A stretch of DNA of 47,166 nt. Origin: Candidatus Heimdallarchaeota archaeon. GTDB lineage: Archaea; Asgardarchaeota; Heimdallarchaeia; JABLTI01. The notes under the pieces were generated by a model. That model worked only from the letters and a program-made list of their open reading frames with translations. It was not told the origin of the DNA and searched no databases. The stretch is taken from contig JAHLVW010000030.1 of assembly GCA_019058275.1 (NCBI GenBank), forward strand, positions 1 through 47,166. Direction: 5' to 3'. A program made the translations under genes and the position numbers. Of the stretch, positions 21,817 to 30,405 are shown one piece after another. The first letter of the stretch is position 1. Each line of letters starts with the position of its first letter.

Positions 21817-23133
21817 ATGAAGAAAATTGTTGTATTTGGAGCTGGGTTAGTAGCAAAACCTGGCATTAGATATCTACTGGATAAGGGTTTTGATATAACG
21901 GTAGCATCAAGAACAGTTAGTAAAGCTGAAGCTATCGTTGATAATCATCCAAATGGTAAAGCTGTTGCTTTTGATATTTCTAAAGATGATCTTGATACTA
22001 CAGGATTAATTCAAAATCATGACTTAGCAATCAGCTTATTACCTTATGTTTATCATCCTGACATTGCTAAAGCTTGCATTAAGCATAAAAAACACATGGC
22101 AACTACATCATACGTTAGTGCAGCTATGAAGGAATTAGATGAAGATGCTAAGAAAGCAGGGATACTAATTATGAACGAGTGTGGTGTTGATCCTGGAACT
22201 GATCACATGAGTGCTATGAGAGTTATTCATGATGTTAAGAAAAAAGGTGGTAAGATTGTTAGCTTTAAATCTACAACTGGTGGACTTCCAGCACCTAATT
22301 CTAATGATAATCCAATGGGTTACAAATTTTCTTGGTCGCCAAAGGGTGTTATTTTGGCTGGTACCAATGCTGCGCAATACTTAGAGGATGGGAAAGTAGT
22401 CGAAATCAAAAGTGGTGATTTATTCAATCATTATTGGCCTTATACTGTTGAAGGTATGGAATTAGAAGCATATCCAAATCGTGATAGTCTTCAATACATT
22501 GAATTGTATGGTTTAGAAGGCATCAAAACCATGTTTCGAGGAACTTTCAGATATCCTGGTTGGTGCGAATCTCTTCAAGCTTTATTTGATCTTGGTCTAA
22601 TGGATCAAAAAACTAAGGAAGGATTGAATGGTATTACTTGGAAAGTGCTTCTCCAAAAAATGCTTGATTATAAAGGAGACGATATTAAAGGAGAAGTTGC
22701 TCGTAAACTTGGTAAAGATCCAAATGCTGAATGTTTAAACAGACTAGAATGGTTAGGACTATTCAGTGATGAGCAAATTCCTTCGGTAGCTTCTTATCTT
22801 GATGCTCTTGCAGATCTATTTATGACCAAGCTTGGAAAGTTTGCTCCTGAACAGCAAGATATGATAATCATGCTCCATGAGTTTACAGCTGATTACCCTG
22901 ATGGCAAACAAGAGAAGATTACGTCAACACTTCTAGATTATGGAATTCCAAATGGTGATTCTTCAATGGCTAGAACCGTATCCTTGCCAGTTGCCATAGC
23001 TGTACGTATGATACTTGAAGGGAATATCAAAGGAATAGGTGTTATAATTCCAACTACACCAGAAATTTACAATCCAATTCTCGATGAACTCGAGACAATG
23101 GACATTGTTTTCAAAGAAAAAGTATTGGATTAG
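21817..23133 (+). CDS. Saccharopine dehydrogenase (L-glutamate-forming, Lys9-like)
   Basis: GAGLVA, ISLLPY..H, TTSY, NECGVDPGTDHMSA, GGLPAP, YKFSWSP.G, YPNRDS, RGTFRYPG, SSMARTV. Confidence 0.92.
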   Translation: MKKIVVFGAGLVAKPGIRYLLDKGFDITVASRTVSKAEAIVDNHPNGKAVAFDISKDDLDTTGLIQNHDLAISLLPYVYHPDIAKACIKHKKHMATTSYVSAAMKELDEDAKKAGILIMNECGVDPGTDHMSAMRVIHDVKKKGGKIVSFKSTTGGLPAPNSNDNPMGYKFSWSPKGVILAGTNAAQYLEDGKVVEIKSGDLFNHYWPYTVEGMELEAYPNRDSLQYIELYGLEGIKTMFRGTFRYPGWCESLQALFDLGLMDQKTKEGLNGITWKVLLQKMLDYKGDDIKGEVARKLGKDPNAECLNRLEWLGLFSDEQIPSVASYLDALADLFMTKLGKFAPEQQDMIIMLHEFTADYPDGKQEKITSTLLDYGIPNGDSSMARTVSLPVAIAVRMILEGNIKGIGVIIPTTPEIYNPILDELETMDIVFKEKVLD

Positions 23134-23279
23134 AAATATGTAAATGGCCATGGCATTGAAAGCCATAGGTCTATCATTCTTTTTTTCAGAGGAACTAATT
23201 CTTTTTTTATAAAAAGAAGGGAAACCATCAATGATCTTTATTGAAATGATGGTTGTTGATTTCCAACAAAATCCTAATC

Positions 23280-23874
23280 TCAATTTATAAAACCATAAGT
23301 ACCATTAACATCATCATAGAAAAGTGGAAGTTCCACTTGAACATATGTGAAAACTATCATTAAAACCAATAGTAAACCTACAGAAATAAGTGATACTATA
23401 TCAAGTGTTTTTTGTCTGACATCATCCAATTCCTTTTCAATATTTATAATAAAGTATCCTACAAGTTGTTGGAGTACTGTGGCGAAAACAAATGTTCCAA
23501 TACTCAGACTCCAACCGCTAACACCAAAAGCACCTTCCATGGTGTAGTAAAATGATAGCATAGCTATAATACCAACAAAAAGACATTCAGTTCTTCCTAC
23601 AATTACTTTGTTATATTTTTTCCTAAGGAAAAAGTATTCAGCGATATAAACAAACACTCCTGGCCAGAAACAAAGTTTTATTTGCTCCCATCTGCTCTCG
23701 TTAATAGGGAATAGCCAACCAATTGGTTTCCATTCAATCCATTCATACATGTAACGAAATAGGAATCCCAATCCGAAAATAACTTGCCCAACCAGCTACT
23801 GTCCAAATTATTAAATCTGCTTTGAATTTCTTTTCATTAGTAGTTTCTATAAATTCATCTTCTCTTGAGTTCAT
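23280..23874 (-). pseudogene. DUF6512-like membrane protein, frameshifted near 5' end
   Basis: RBS GAGGAGG plus ATG at 23874 is out of frame with the main ORF (one extra base near 23785). Motif P-x-NES-x-WE-x-x-KL. Confidence 0.62.
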
Positions 23875-24019
23875 CGTTAATCCTCCTCATAGGTGGACTT
23901 TCTTATCACATAAATTATTAAAATTAAAAGTTGCTATATGGGTCATATATTCTTTAACTATATTTTATATTCTAATAAGAAATTTTATTTTGTATAGTTT
24001 TTATTTATTCACGATTGCC

Positions 24020-24973
24020 ATGTTTGATAAAGTAGAAGCTGCTTACGATCGAATTAAGAATTATGTAAATAAAACACCTGTTATGACATCTACAACTCTA
24101 AATGATCAGTTAGATTGTAAATGTTTTTTCAAATGTGAAAACTTTCAGAAAATAGGTGCTTTCAAATTTAGAGGAGCATTAAACACAGTCTTACAATTAT
24201 CTGATGAAGCAAAAGAGAAAGGGGTGATTACTCACTCTTCTGGTAACCATGCTCAAGCATTGGCACTTGCAGCCAAAATTGTAGGAATTAAAGCCGTTAT
24301 CGTCATGCCTGAAAATGCTCCTACAGTTAAAGTTAATGCAACGAAAGGATATGGTGCAGAGATTGTAGTATGTGGTTCAAAACCTGGTGATAGGGAGGAA
24401 GCAGTTAAACCATTAATTGAGAAATATAACTATACTTTAGTGCATCCTTCAGATGATTTGACAATCTTCCAAGGAGCTGGTACTGCAGCTTATGAATTAA
24501 TTAAAGAAGTTGGTTCATTGAACTATATATTTTGTCCCGTGGGTGGCGGAGGATTACTAAGTGGTACTGCCATAGCTACTAAAGGTCTTCTCCCTGAAGC
24601 TTCAGTTATTGCTGTAGAACCTAAAAATGCTGATGATGCATATAGATCATTCAAAGCTGGTACGATTTTACCTTCGATTAATCCGAATACAATTGCCGAC
24701 GGTTTACGTACTCAATTAGGACCTAATACATTCAAAGTAGTTATGAAATATGTTGATGACATTATCACCGTTAGTGAAGAAGCAATAATTGATGCAATGC
24801 AATTCTTATGGGAACGAATGAAGCTAATTATTGAACCTTCTGGTGCTGTTTCTCTTGCTGGAGTATTATCCGGTCAAATAGAAGTTAAAAATAAACGTGT
24901 AGGCATCATGGTTTCAGGTGGAAATATCGATTTAACAGAATTCTTCAACAACTTTCGAGAGAAAATTTCCTAA
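24020..24973 (+). CDS. PLP-dependent threonine/serine dehydratase / serine-racemase-like enzyme (fold type II)
   Basis: KCENFQKIGAFKFRGA, SSGNHAQ, GGGGL, TIADGL, EPSGA, SGGN. Start placed at MFDKV. Confidence 0.9.
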   Translation: MFDKVEAAYDRIKNYVNKTPVMTSTTLNDQLDCKCFFKCENFQKIGAFKFRGALNTVLQLSDEAKEKGVITHSSGNHAQALALAAKIVGIKAVIVMPENAPTVKVNATKGYGAEIVVCGSKPGDREEAVKPLIEKYNYTLVHPSDDLTIFQGAGTAAYELIKEVGSLNYIFCPVGGGGLLSGTAIATKGLLPEASVIAVEPKNADDAYRSFKAGTILPSINPNTIADGLRTQLGPNTFKVVMKYVDDIITVSEEAIIDAMQFLWERMKLIIEPSGAVSLAGVLSGQIEVKNKRVGIMVSGGNIDLTEFFNNFREKIS

Positions 24974-25060
24974 ATGTTCTTCATTCTATTTTTTGTCGAT
25001 TTAGTTAATTTGAATATCAACCAAAAAGACTTATATTAGTAAACCTTAGAGTTGATTATT

Positions 25061-25198
25061 GCTTCTGAAGAAGGACTAAAAGGCTTGGCGACTCACAAAA
25101 CGTCGCTGGGAAGGCAAAGGGGTAGATATTGGCAAAGGAGTAAACGAAAAGGGTCTGTACAAGTACGATTTTTTTCGCTTCTCCTTCTCTTTCACAAT
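25061..25198 (+). ncRNA. Candidate structured small RNA
   Basis: GC-enriched intergenic segment about 25 nt after a BRE/TATA-like motif (25023-25038). Hairpins at 25084-25110 and 25135-25186. Confidence 0.4.
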
Positions 25199-25259
25199 AA
25201 TTTTTGATTTTGCAACGATAATTAGAAAAGGTAAGTAGCTCTATTAATTATTGATTTTC

Positions 25260-26030
25260 ATGAGTCAACTGAAGAACTCTGTTTTAGAGTCATCGATAAC
25301 TGGAATCAAACAAATAAAACAGAAAAAAGCTAAATTACAAATTGTAGCTTTAACTGGATCAGGGGTTTCTAAAGGATCAGGCATACCAACATTTAGAGGT
25401 AAAGATGGACTTTGGAAGAATTACAATGCTATGGATCTAGCTACTCCACAAGCATTTGGGAGAGATCCTAAATTAGTCTGGGAATGGTATTCTTGGAGAA
25501 TTGGTTTGATTTTGGAGAAAAATCCCAATCCAGCGCATTATACTTTAGTTAAATTACAAGATGAAGGATTGCTAAAATGGATTATTACCCAAAATGTTGA
25601 TTCGTTGCACATGAGAGCAGGATCAAAGAATATGCTTGAGGTTCATGGCAACATCTTTCGAGCAAAATGTACAAGTTGTAGTAATAAAATTATGCTGGAT
25701 ACTGCTCCAGAGAAACCACCAATGTGTGAATGTGGGGAGATGTTAAGACCAGATGTTGTTTGGTTTGGCGAGTCGCTTGATCAACAAATTATCATGAAAT
25801 CTTATGATATTCTAACTAATGAAACAGATATTTTACTAGTAATAGGCACCAGTGGTGTTGTATATCCAGTAGCAGATTTTCCATTTTTAGCGAAAAGAAA
25901 TGGTGCTATAATAGTAGAATTTAATGTTGATCCAACACCAATTTCACAAATAGCAGATTATACAATACTGGGAAAAGCAGAGGAAATATTACCAAAGTTT
26001 GTAGAAGCAATCGTAAAAATAGAAGAATGA
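25260..26030 (+). CDS. cobB: NAD-dependent protein deacylase (sirtuin, class III-like)
   Basis: TGSGVS..SGIPTFRG..GLW, WEWY..R, ITQNVD.LH, HGN, two Cys pairs, RPDVVWFGE, IGTSG.VYP. Confidence 0.9.
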   Translation: MSQLKNSVLESSITGIKQIKQKKAKLQIVALTGSGVSKGSGIPTFRGKDGLWKNYNAMDLATPQAFGRDPKLVWEWYSWRIGLILEKNPNPAHYTLVKLQDEGLLKWIITQNVDSLHMRAGSKNMLEVHGNIFRAKCTSCSNKIMLDTAPEKPPMCECGEMLRPDVVWFGESLDQQIIMKSYDILTNETDILLVIGTSGVVYPVADFPFLAKRNGAIIVEFNVDPTPISQIADYTILGKAEEILPKFVEAIVKIEE

Positions 26031-26037
26031 AGGAAAA

Positions 26038-26583
26038 CTAGCTGGACACTTGTTTTTCCCATTCACTTTTCAAAATATCCATGTAAATTACATCAACATA
26101 TTTACCGTCTGTAAAGTGTTCTTGACGATGTTTACCGACTTGTGTAAAACCAACTTTCTTGTAAGTTTTAATGGCTCTTTCATTGAATTCAAACACCCTG
26201 AGTTGGATTCGATTCAGATTTAAGTAGTTGAAACCAAACATCAACAAAACTCTCATGGTGTCTGTTCCATATCCTTTTCCCCAATTTTTTTCAGCATGAA
26301 TTGCTATACCTAATTCTGCTGTCTTTGAGATTTTATCAATACCAAATAAACCTGCTGTTCCTAAGAATTTTTTAGTGTCTTTGTGCTCAATTGCAAACTG
26401 ATATTCATTACCTTGTTTCCTTCTTACCCAAGTATTACGTATCCAATCTGCTTCTTCATCTCGGGCAAATGGTATAGGACGAGACAGGAATTTTCTTAGT
26501 TTTAACTTGTTAAAATTTTCCAAAATTGCATCAAGATCAGATAATTCAACAGATCTAAGATTTACAAATTCTCCTTCGAACAT
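26038..26583 (-). CDS. RimJ/RimL-family GNAT N-acetyltransferase
   Basis: AELGIAI, WGKGYGT, LNLNRI.L.V..FNERA...YKKVGF. Confidence 0.88.
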   Translation of the reverse strand: MFEGEFVNLRSVELSDLDAILENFNKLKLRKFLSRPIPFARDEEADWIRNTWVRRKQGNEYQFAIEHKDTKKFLGTAGLFGIDKISKTAELGIAIHAEKNWGKGYGTDTMRVLLMFGFNYLNLNRIQLRVFEFNERAIKTYKKVGFTQVGKHRQEHFTDGKYVDVIYMDILKSEWEKQVSS

Positions 26584-26659
26584 ACACTTTTTTCTCCAAT
26601 ACCATTAGCATAAAACAGTTATTTAATAAACAAATCGGCAGATATTGCTTCTAAATCTT

Positions 26660-27616
26660 CTATTTGCTATCTTCATTATCTATTGAAGTCTCGATATCCT
26701 TTTCTTCTTGGACTTTGGTTTTAGTGCTTGAATAGGAAAGCAATAACACTCCAATAGTTATAATTACTAATGCAACGATTCTAAGAGCTGTCACCCAAAT
26801 CAATCCTCCACTCCACTCTGAGAAAATAATTACTCCACCAAAAAAAGGTGTGAGTAAAGCCATAACAGCAAAAATAGGTGTTGCAACAACTGCTTTATTC
26901 TTCTGAAATGCTATTTGTGGGAGTATTGCTGATAAAATATTGAAGGTTAAAACTATCAGAAAATAAATCCACCAAAACCAACTAGTCAAAGCAACTACAA
27001 GAGTATCTCTAAAATTAGCAGAATCAATTGCACTAAAAACAGCTTTTGTAAAAATCGCACCAATACCAGAATAAATACCTCCTGTTAGTGCAAAGAGAAT
27101 CCCTGTAAATTGATATTTCTTAATTAGTGAGAATATGCATAAAATTCCTGGTATAAGTGCTATACAAACCAAATATTTTATTGAACCATTTTTAACAAAA
27201 AGCTGGTTTATTTCGCTTAATGAGTAAATGGTTTCTGTATCGGAATTTGTTACACCTAATAAAACAATTCCAATTACTATTAAAACAAATGTAATTATCT
27301 CAATAATTCCAATAGACTCCTTCAAATAGAAATATGAGAAAATCACTAAAACAATTAATCCAACAGCTTGCATTGGAGCAACAATAGAAAGCGTTCCTTG
27401 GTTCATAGCAATAGCTAAAAATACAAAAGAGAGATTAGTAAGAATAAATCCAATTAACCAGTATTTGTTTGTGAAAAAATTCTTGATATTTTGCCAGAAA
27501 GAGGTCTCTTCAATTTTAGGAAGTAAACTAGCTCCCTTTTTTTCTAATGCTAATCCTATATTTACAAAAGAATAAGCAAAAATAGCCATGAAAATTGCTA
27601 ATATAAGATTCCCCAT
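26660..27616 (-). CDS. DMT-superfamily transporter, NIPA (Mg2+)-like
   Basis: About 9 TMs. GLALEKKG, WLIGF, SIVAPMQ, FYLKE, QIAFQ...V.P, GGVIIFSEW. Confidence 0.72.
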   Translation of the reverse strand: MGNLILAIFMAIFAYSFVNIGLALEKKGASLLPKIEETSFWQNIKNFFTNKYWLIGFILTNLSFVFLAIAMNQGTLSIVAPMQAVGLIVLVIFSYFYLKESIGIIEIITFVLIVIGIVLLGVTNSDTETIYSLSEINQLFVKNGSIKYLVCIALIPGILCIFSLIKKYQFTGILFALTGGIYSGIGAIFTKAVFSAIDSANFRDTLVVALTSWFWWIYFLIVLTFNILSAILPQIAFQKNKAVVATPIFAVMALLTPFFGGVIIFSEWSGGLIWVTALRIVALVIITIGVLLLSYSSTKTKVQEEKDIETSIDNEDSK

Positions 27617-27692
27617 CAGATAATTCTCTCCAAATTACTTTATATCATTCTAAACTGAATAATAAGGATGAATAACTACTAACATAATAACC

Positions 27693-28781
27693 TTACTTAT
27701 TATGATGACCTGACACCACATGTTTCAAATTAATATTTTCTGTGCTAATTTTCTCAGCTAACTTCTGTGACTCTTCAGTTTCTTCTTCTACAAAATCTTC
27801 ATTCGGAGTAACTAACTCAAGCTGTTCACTTTTAGCTAATTCTTCCCCCTTTTCTGGGGAGTCTTCAGCAATCTCTTCTTCTTGTGCAGTAAAGAATGAA
27901 AGCATTGCCACTCCTATAATGATGAAACCCACTGAAATACTTTTTATTAGAGTTTCAGTTCCTGTAGAACTTTGCCACTCATTGAAGATAAAAACACCTG
28001 CCATAATTTGTGTAAATAAATTCATAATATCTAGAGTTGGTGACACAACAATTGCTTTACCTTTTTGGAGAGCAATTTGTTGTGATGTAAAGGCTACTAG
28101 ATATCCGCAACACATTATGAATAGATAAATCCACCATTGCCATGCTTTTAACGAGTTTAATAGAAAATCTTGTGCATTGGCAAAGGTTAAACTACCAACA
28201 GCTCCTTTAGCAAAAATAGTTGCAAAGGCAAATGATGAACCTGATGCAATTGCCATTATTGGAGCTGCTCGACGATATTTTCTGCCATAGGTTGCAAATA
28301 GAAGTAAAGCAATAATTACTACAAAAGTACAGAGAAATGCTATTGCATTATATTCTATAAAGAGATCATTAATATTTACAAGATCAAAAACGGTTGCATC
28401 TGGAGGATCAAAAATATTCAATGTTACAGTAGAAGCAATTATTATAATAATTCCAATGATTTCCATAATTCTGATTCTCTCTTTTAGAAAGAATCTGGAG
28501 AATAAAATCAAAACGATAAATCCAACTCCCATAGTCGGAGCTACAAGGGATAAGGAACCAATCTTTATAGCATACATCAATGGAAACCATTGTATGATTG
28601 TTAATGAAAATCCCAAAACCCAAGTTTTGCATTGTGAAAAATTCTTAATATTTTGCCAAACAGACTGTTCTTCAATAATAGGTAATGTACATGCTCCCTT
28701 TTTCTTTAATACCAAACCAATGTTATAAACTGAATTAGCTATAACCCCTAGAATAACTGCGAGCACGTCATTTGAGACCAA
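27693..28781 (-). CDS. DMT-superfamily transporter, NIPA (Mg2+)-like; paralog of neighbour
   Basis: GLVLKKKG, WVLGF, SLVAP, FFLKE, QIALQ..VVSP, GVFIFNEW. Acidic C-terminal tail. Confidence 0.72.
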   Translation of the reverse strand: MVSNDVLAVILGVIANSVYNIGLVLKKKGACTLPIIEEQSVWQNIKNFSQCKTWVLGFSLTIIQWFPLMYAIKIGSLSLVAPTMGVGFIVLILFSRFFLKERIRIMEIIGIIIIIASTVTLNIFDPPDATVFDLVNINDLFIEYNAIAFLCTFVVIIALLLFATYGRKYRRAAPIMAIASGSSFAFATIFAKGAVGSLTFANAQDFLLNSLKAWQWWIYLFIMCCGYLVAFTSQQIALQKGKAIVVSPTLDIMNLFTQIMAGVFIFNEWQSSTGTETLIKSISVGFIIIGVAMLSFFTAQEEEIAEDSPEKGEELAKSEQLELVTPNEDFVEEETEESQKLAEKISTENINLKHVVSGHHNK

Positions 28782-28950
28782 TTTTTTTCTCCTGAATTAA
28801 TAGTTCTATTTAAAGAGTATAAAAATAATTGTTGTTCAAGTAATAAATCTTATCCTTTATTTTCACAGATGTCATACTATCTGTGTTTTTTTATTAAATA
28901 AGTCACTCTTTATGCGTTAATAATAAAAATTTGTAATAGTACATGTATTT

Positions 28951-29952
28951 ATGTCTAAATTTGATCTTGAGACTATTCCCAGAATAAACCATTGTTTGCT
29001 ACCCACTCCTCTTGTACCTATGGAGAGGTTAACTGAACATTTAGGAAAGGCACGTATCTTTGTTAAAAGAGATGATTTAACTGGTGTTGCATTCGGTGGG
29101 AATAAAAATCGTAAACTTGAATTTCTTTTAGCAGATGCTCTGTTAAAAAGCTCAGATGTAATTATAACTGAAGGAGCATTAACATCTAATCATTGTTTGC
29201 AAACTGCCGCTTGTGCAGCTAGGTCCGGATTAGATTGTATTTTGGTTTTATCAGATTCATCTATTGGTGAAAAAATTACTGGGAACCTTTTACTTGATCA
29301 AATATTAGATGCCAATATTCATCGTGTGAAATCTTCCGAAGACCGAAAATCTGCAATGGAAGCAATAGCAGAAGATTTACTGAAAGAAGGAAAACAACCG
29401 TATATAATTCCTACAGGTGGATCGAATGAAATCGGAGCAATAGGTTACATATTATGTATAAATGAAATTGGGATTCAATCCACCACTTTGAATGTTGCTT
29501 TTGATTATTTTGTTCATCCAACAGGCAGTGCTGGAACTCAAGCAGGTACCATCATTGGGAAGAAACTGTATTATCCTGATATGGAAATCATAGGGATAAG
29601 TGTAGGTGATGGAAAACAAGGAATTATTTCTGAAATCAAAAAAATCATTAGTAATTTTGAGAAGAATTGGGAATTAAATTTGGGAACAACTAATGAGGAT
29701 ATAATAATACTAGAAGATTATTTTGGAGAGGGTTATGGTGTTCCAAGTAAAGAAATGATTGATGCTGTAAAATTAGTAGCAAAATTAGAAGGGATATTTT
29801 TAGATCCTATTTATAATGGTAAAGCAATGGTAGGTCTAATAGATTTAATCACTCGAGAAGAAATCCCATCTGATTCGAATGTTTTATTCTTACACTCGGG
29901 TGGAGGACCAACAATTTTCTCATATGATAAAGAATTTGGGAAAAAACTATAA
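28951..29952 (+). CDS. D-cysteine desulfhydrase family PLP enzyme
   Basis: PTPL, KRDDLTG..GGNK.RKLEF, SNH, PTGGSN, GSAGT.AG, LDPIYNGKA, HSGG. Confidence 0.88.
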   Translation: MSKFDLETIPRINHCLLPTPLVPMERLTEHLGKARIFVKRDDLTGVAFGGNKNRKLEFLLADALLKSSDVIITEGALTSNHCLQTAACAARSGLDCILVLSDSSIGEKITGNLLLDQILDANIHRVKSSEDRKSAMEAIAEDLLKEGKQPYIIPTGGSNEIGAIGYILCINEIGIQSTTLNVAFDYFVHPTGSAGTQAGTIIGKKLYYPDMEIIGISVGDGKQGIISEIKKIISNFEKNWELNLGTTNEDIIILEDYFGEGYGVPSKEMIDAVKLVAKLEGIFLDPIYNGKAMVGLIDLITREEIPSDSNVLFLHSGGGPTIFSYDKEFGKKL

Positions 29953-30161
29953 TAAAAAAGTGTTAACTTTTTCTAATGAGAGTAGCAAAGCTTTATCCTC
30001 TTTGATTTGTTTATTTACAACAATTATCAGAAATTTATACATTTATTATTCAATTATAAAGGATATGCAGTTAGGAATTTTATAATGTTAATAATGGTAT
30101 TCAAAAGCTAAAAGAAGCTTGTATTATTTGTAAGAAATTTATTCATGAAGGTGAAATAAAA

Positions 30162-30386
30162 ATGGGTAAAACTACAAAAACAAAGTTTCAAGTTAGTGGT
30201 ATGTCCTGCAATGGTTGCAGTGCTTCTATTGGTAGAGCTTTAAGTAGATTAGATGGAATTGAGAAAGCAGAAGCTGATTTCCAAAAAGGTTCTGCAGATG
30301 TTTCCTATGATGAAAAAGCTATTACCAAAGAAAAAATAATTGAAACTATAGAAAATCTCGGTTATAAAGTCGAAGGAGAATCATAA
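30162..30386 (+). CDS. copZ: Copper chaperone (HMA domain)
   Basis: GMSCNGC, C-terminal LGY, RBS GAAGGTGA, directly upstream of a P1B ATPase. Confidence 0.88.
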   Translation: MGKTTKTKFQVSGMSCNGCSASIGRALSRLDGIEKAEADFQKGSADVSYDEKAITKEKIIETIENLGYKVEGES

Positions 30387-30405
30387 TTAGTTTTTTTGAA
30401 GGTGG

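Noticed and set aside
23822-24019. 66-aa hydrophobic N-terminal extension on the dehydratase
   Set aside because: It is AT-rich promoter DNA overlapping the start of the divergent gene. Family homology begins at ATG 24020.
28951-29952. ACC deaminase (acdS)
   Set aside because: Has DPIYN and HSGG rather than the DPVYE and HLGG residues diagnostic of true ACC deaminases.
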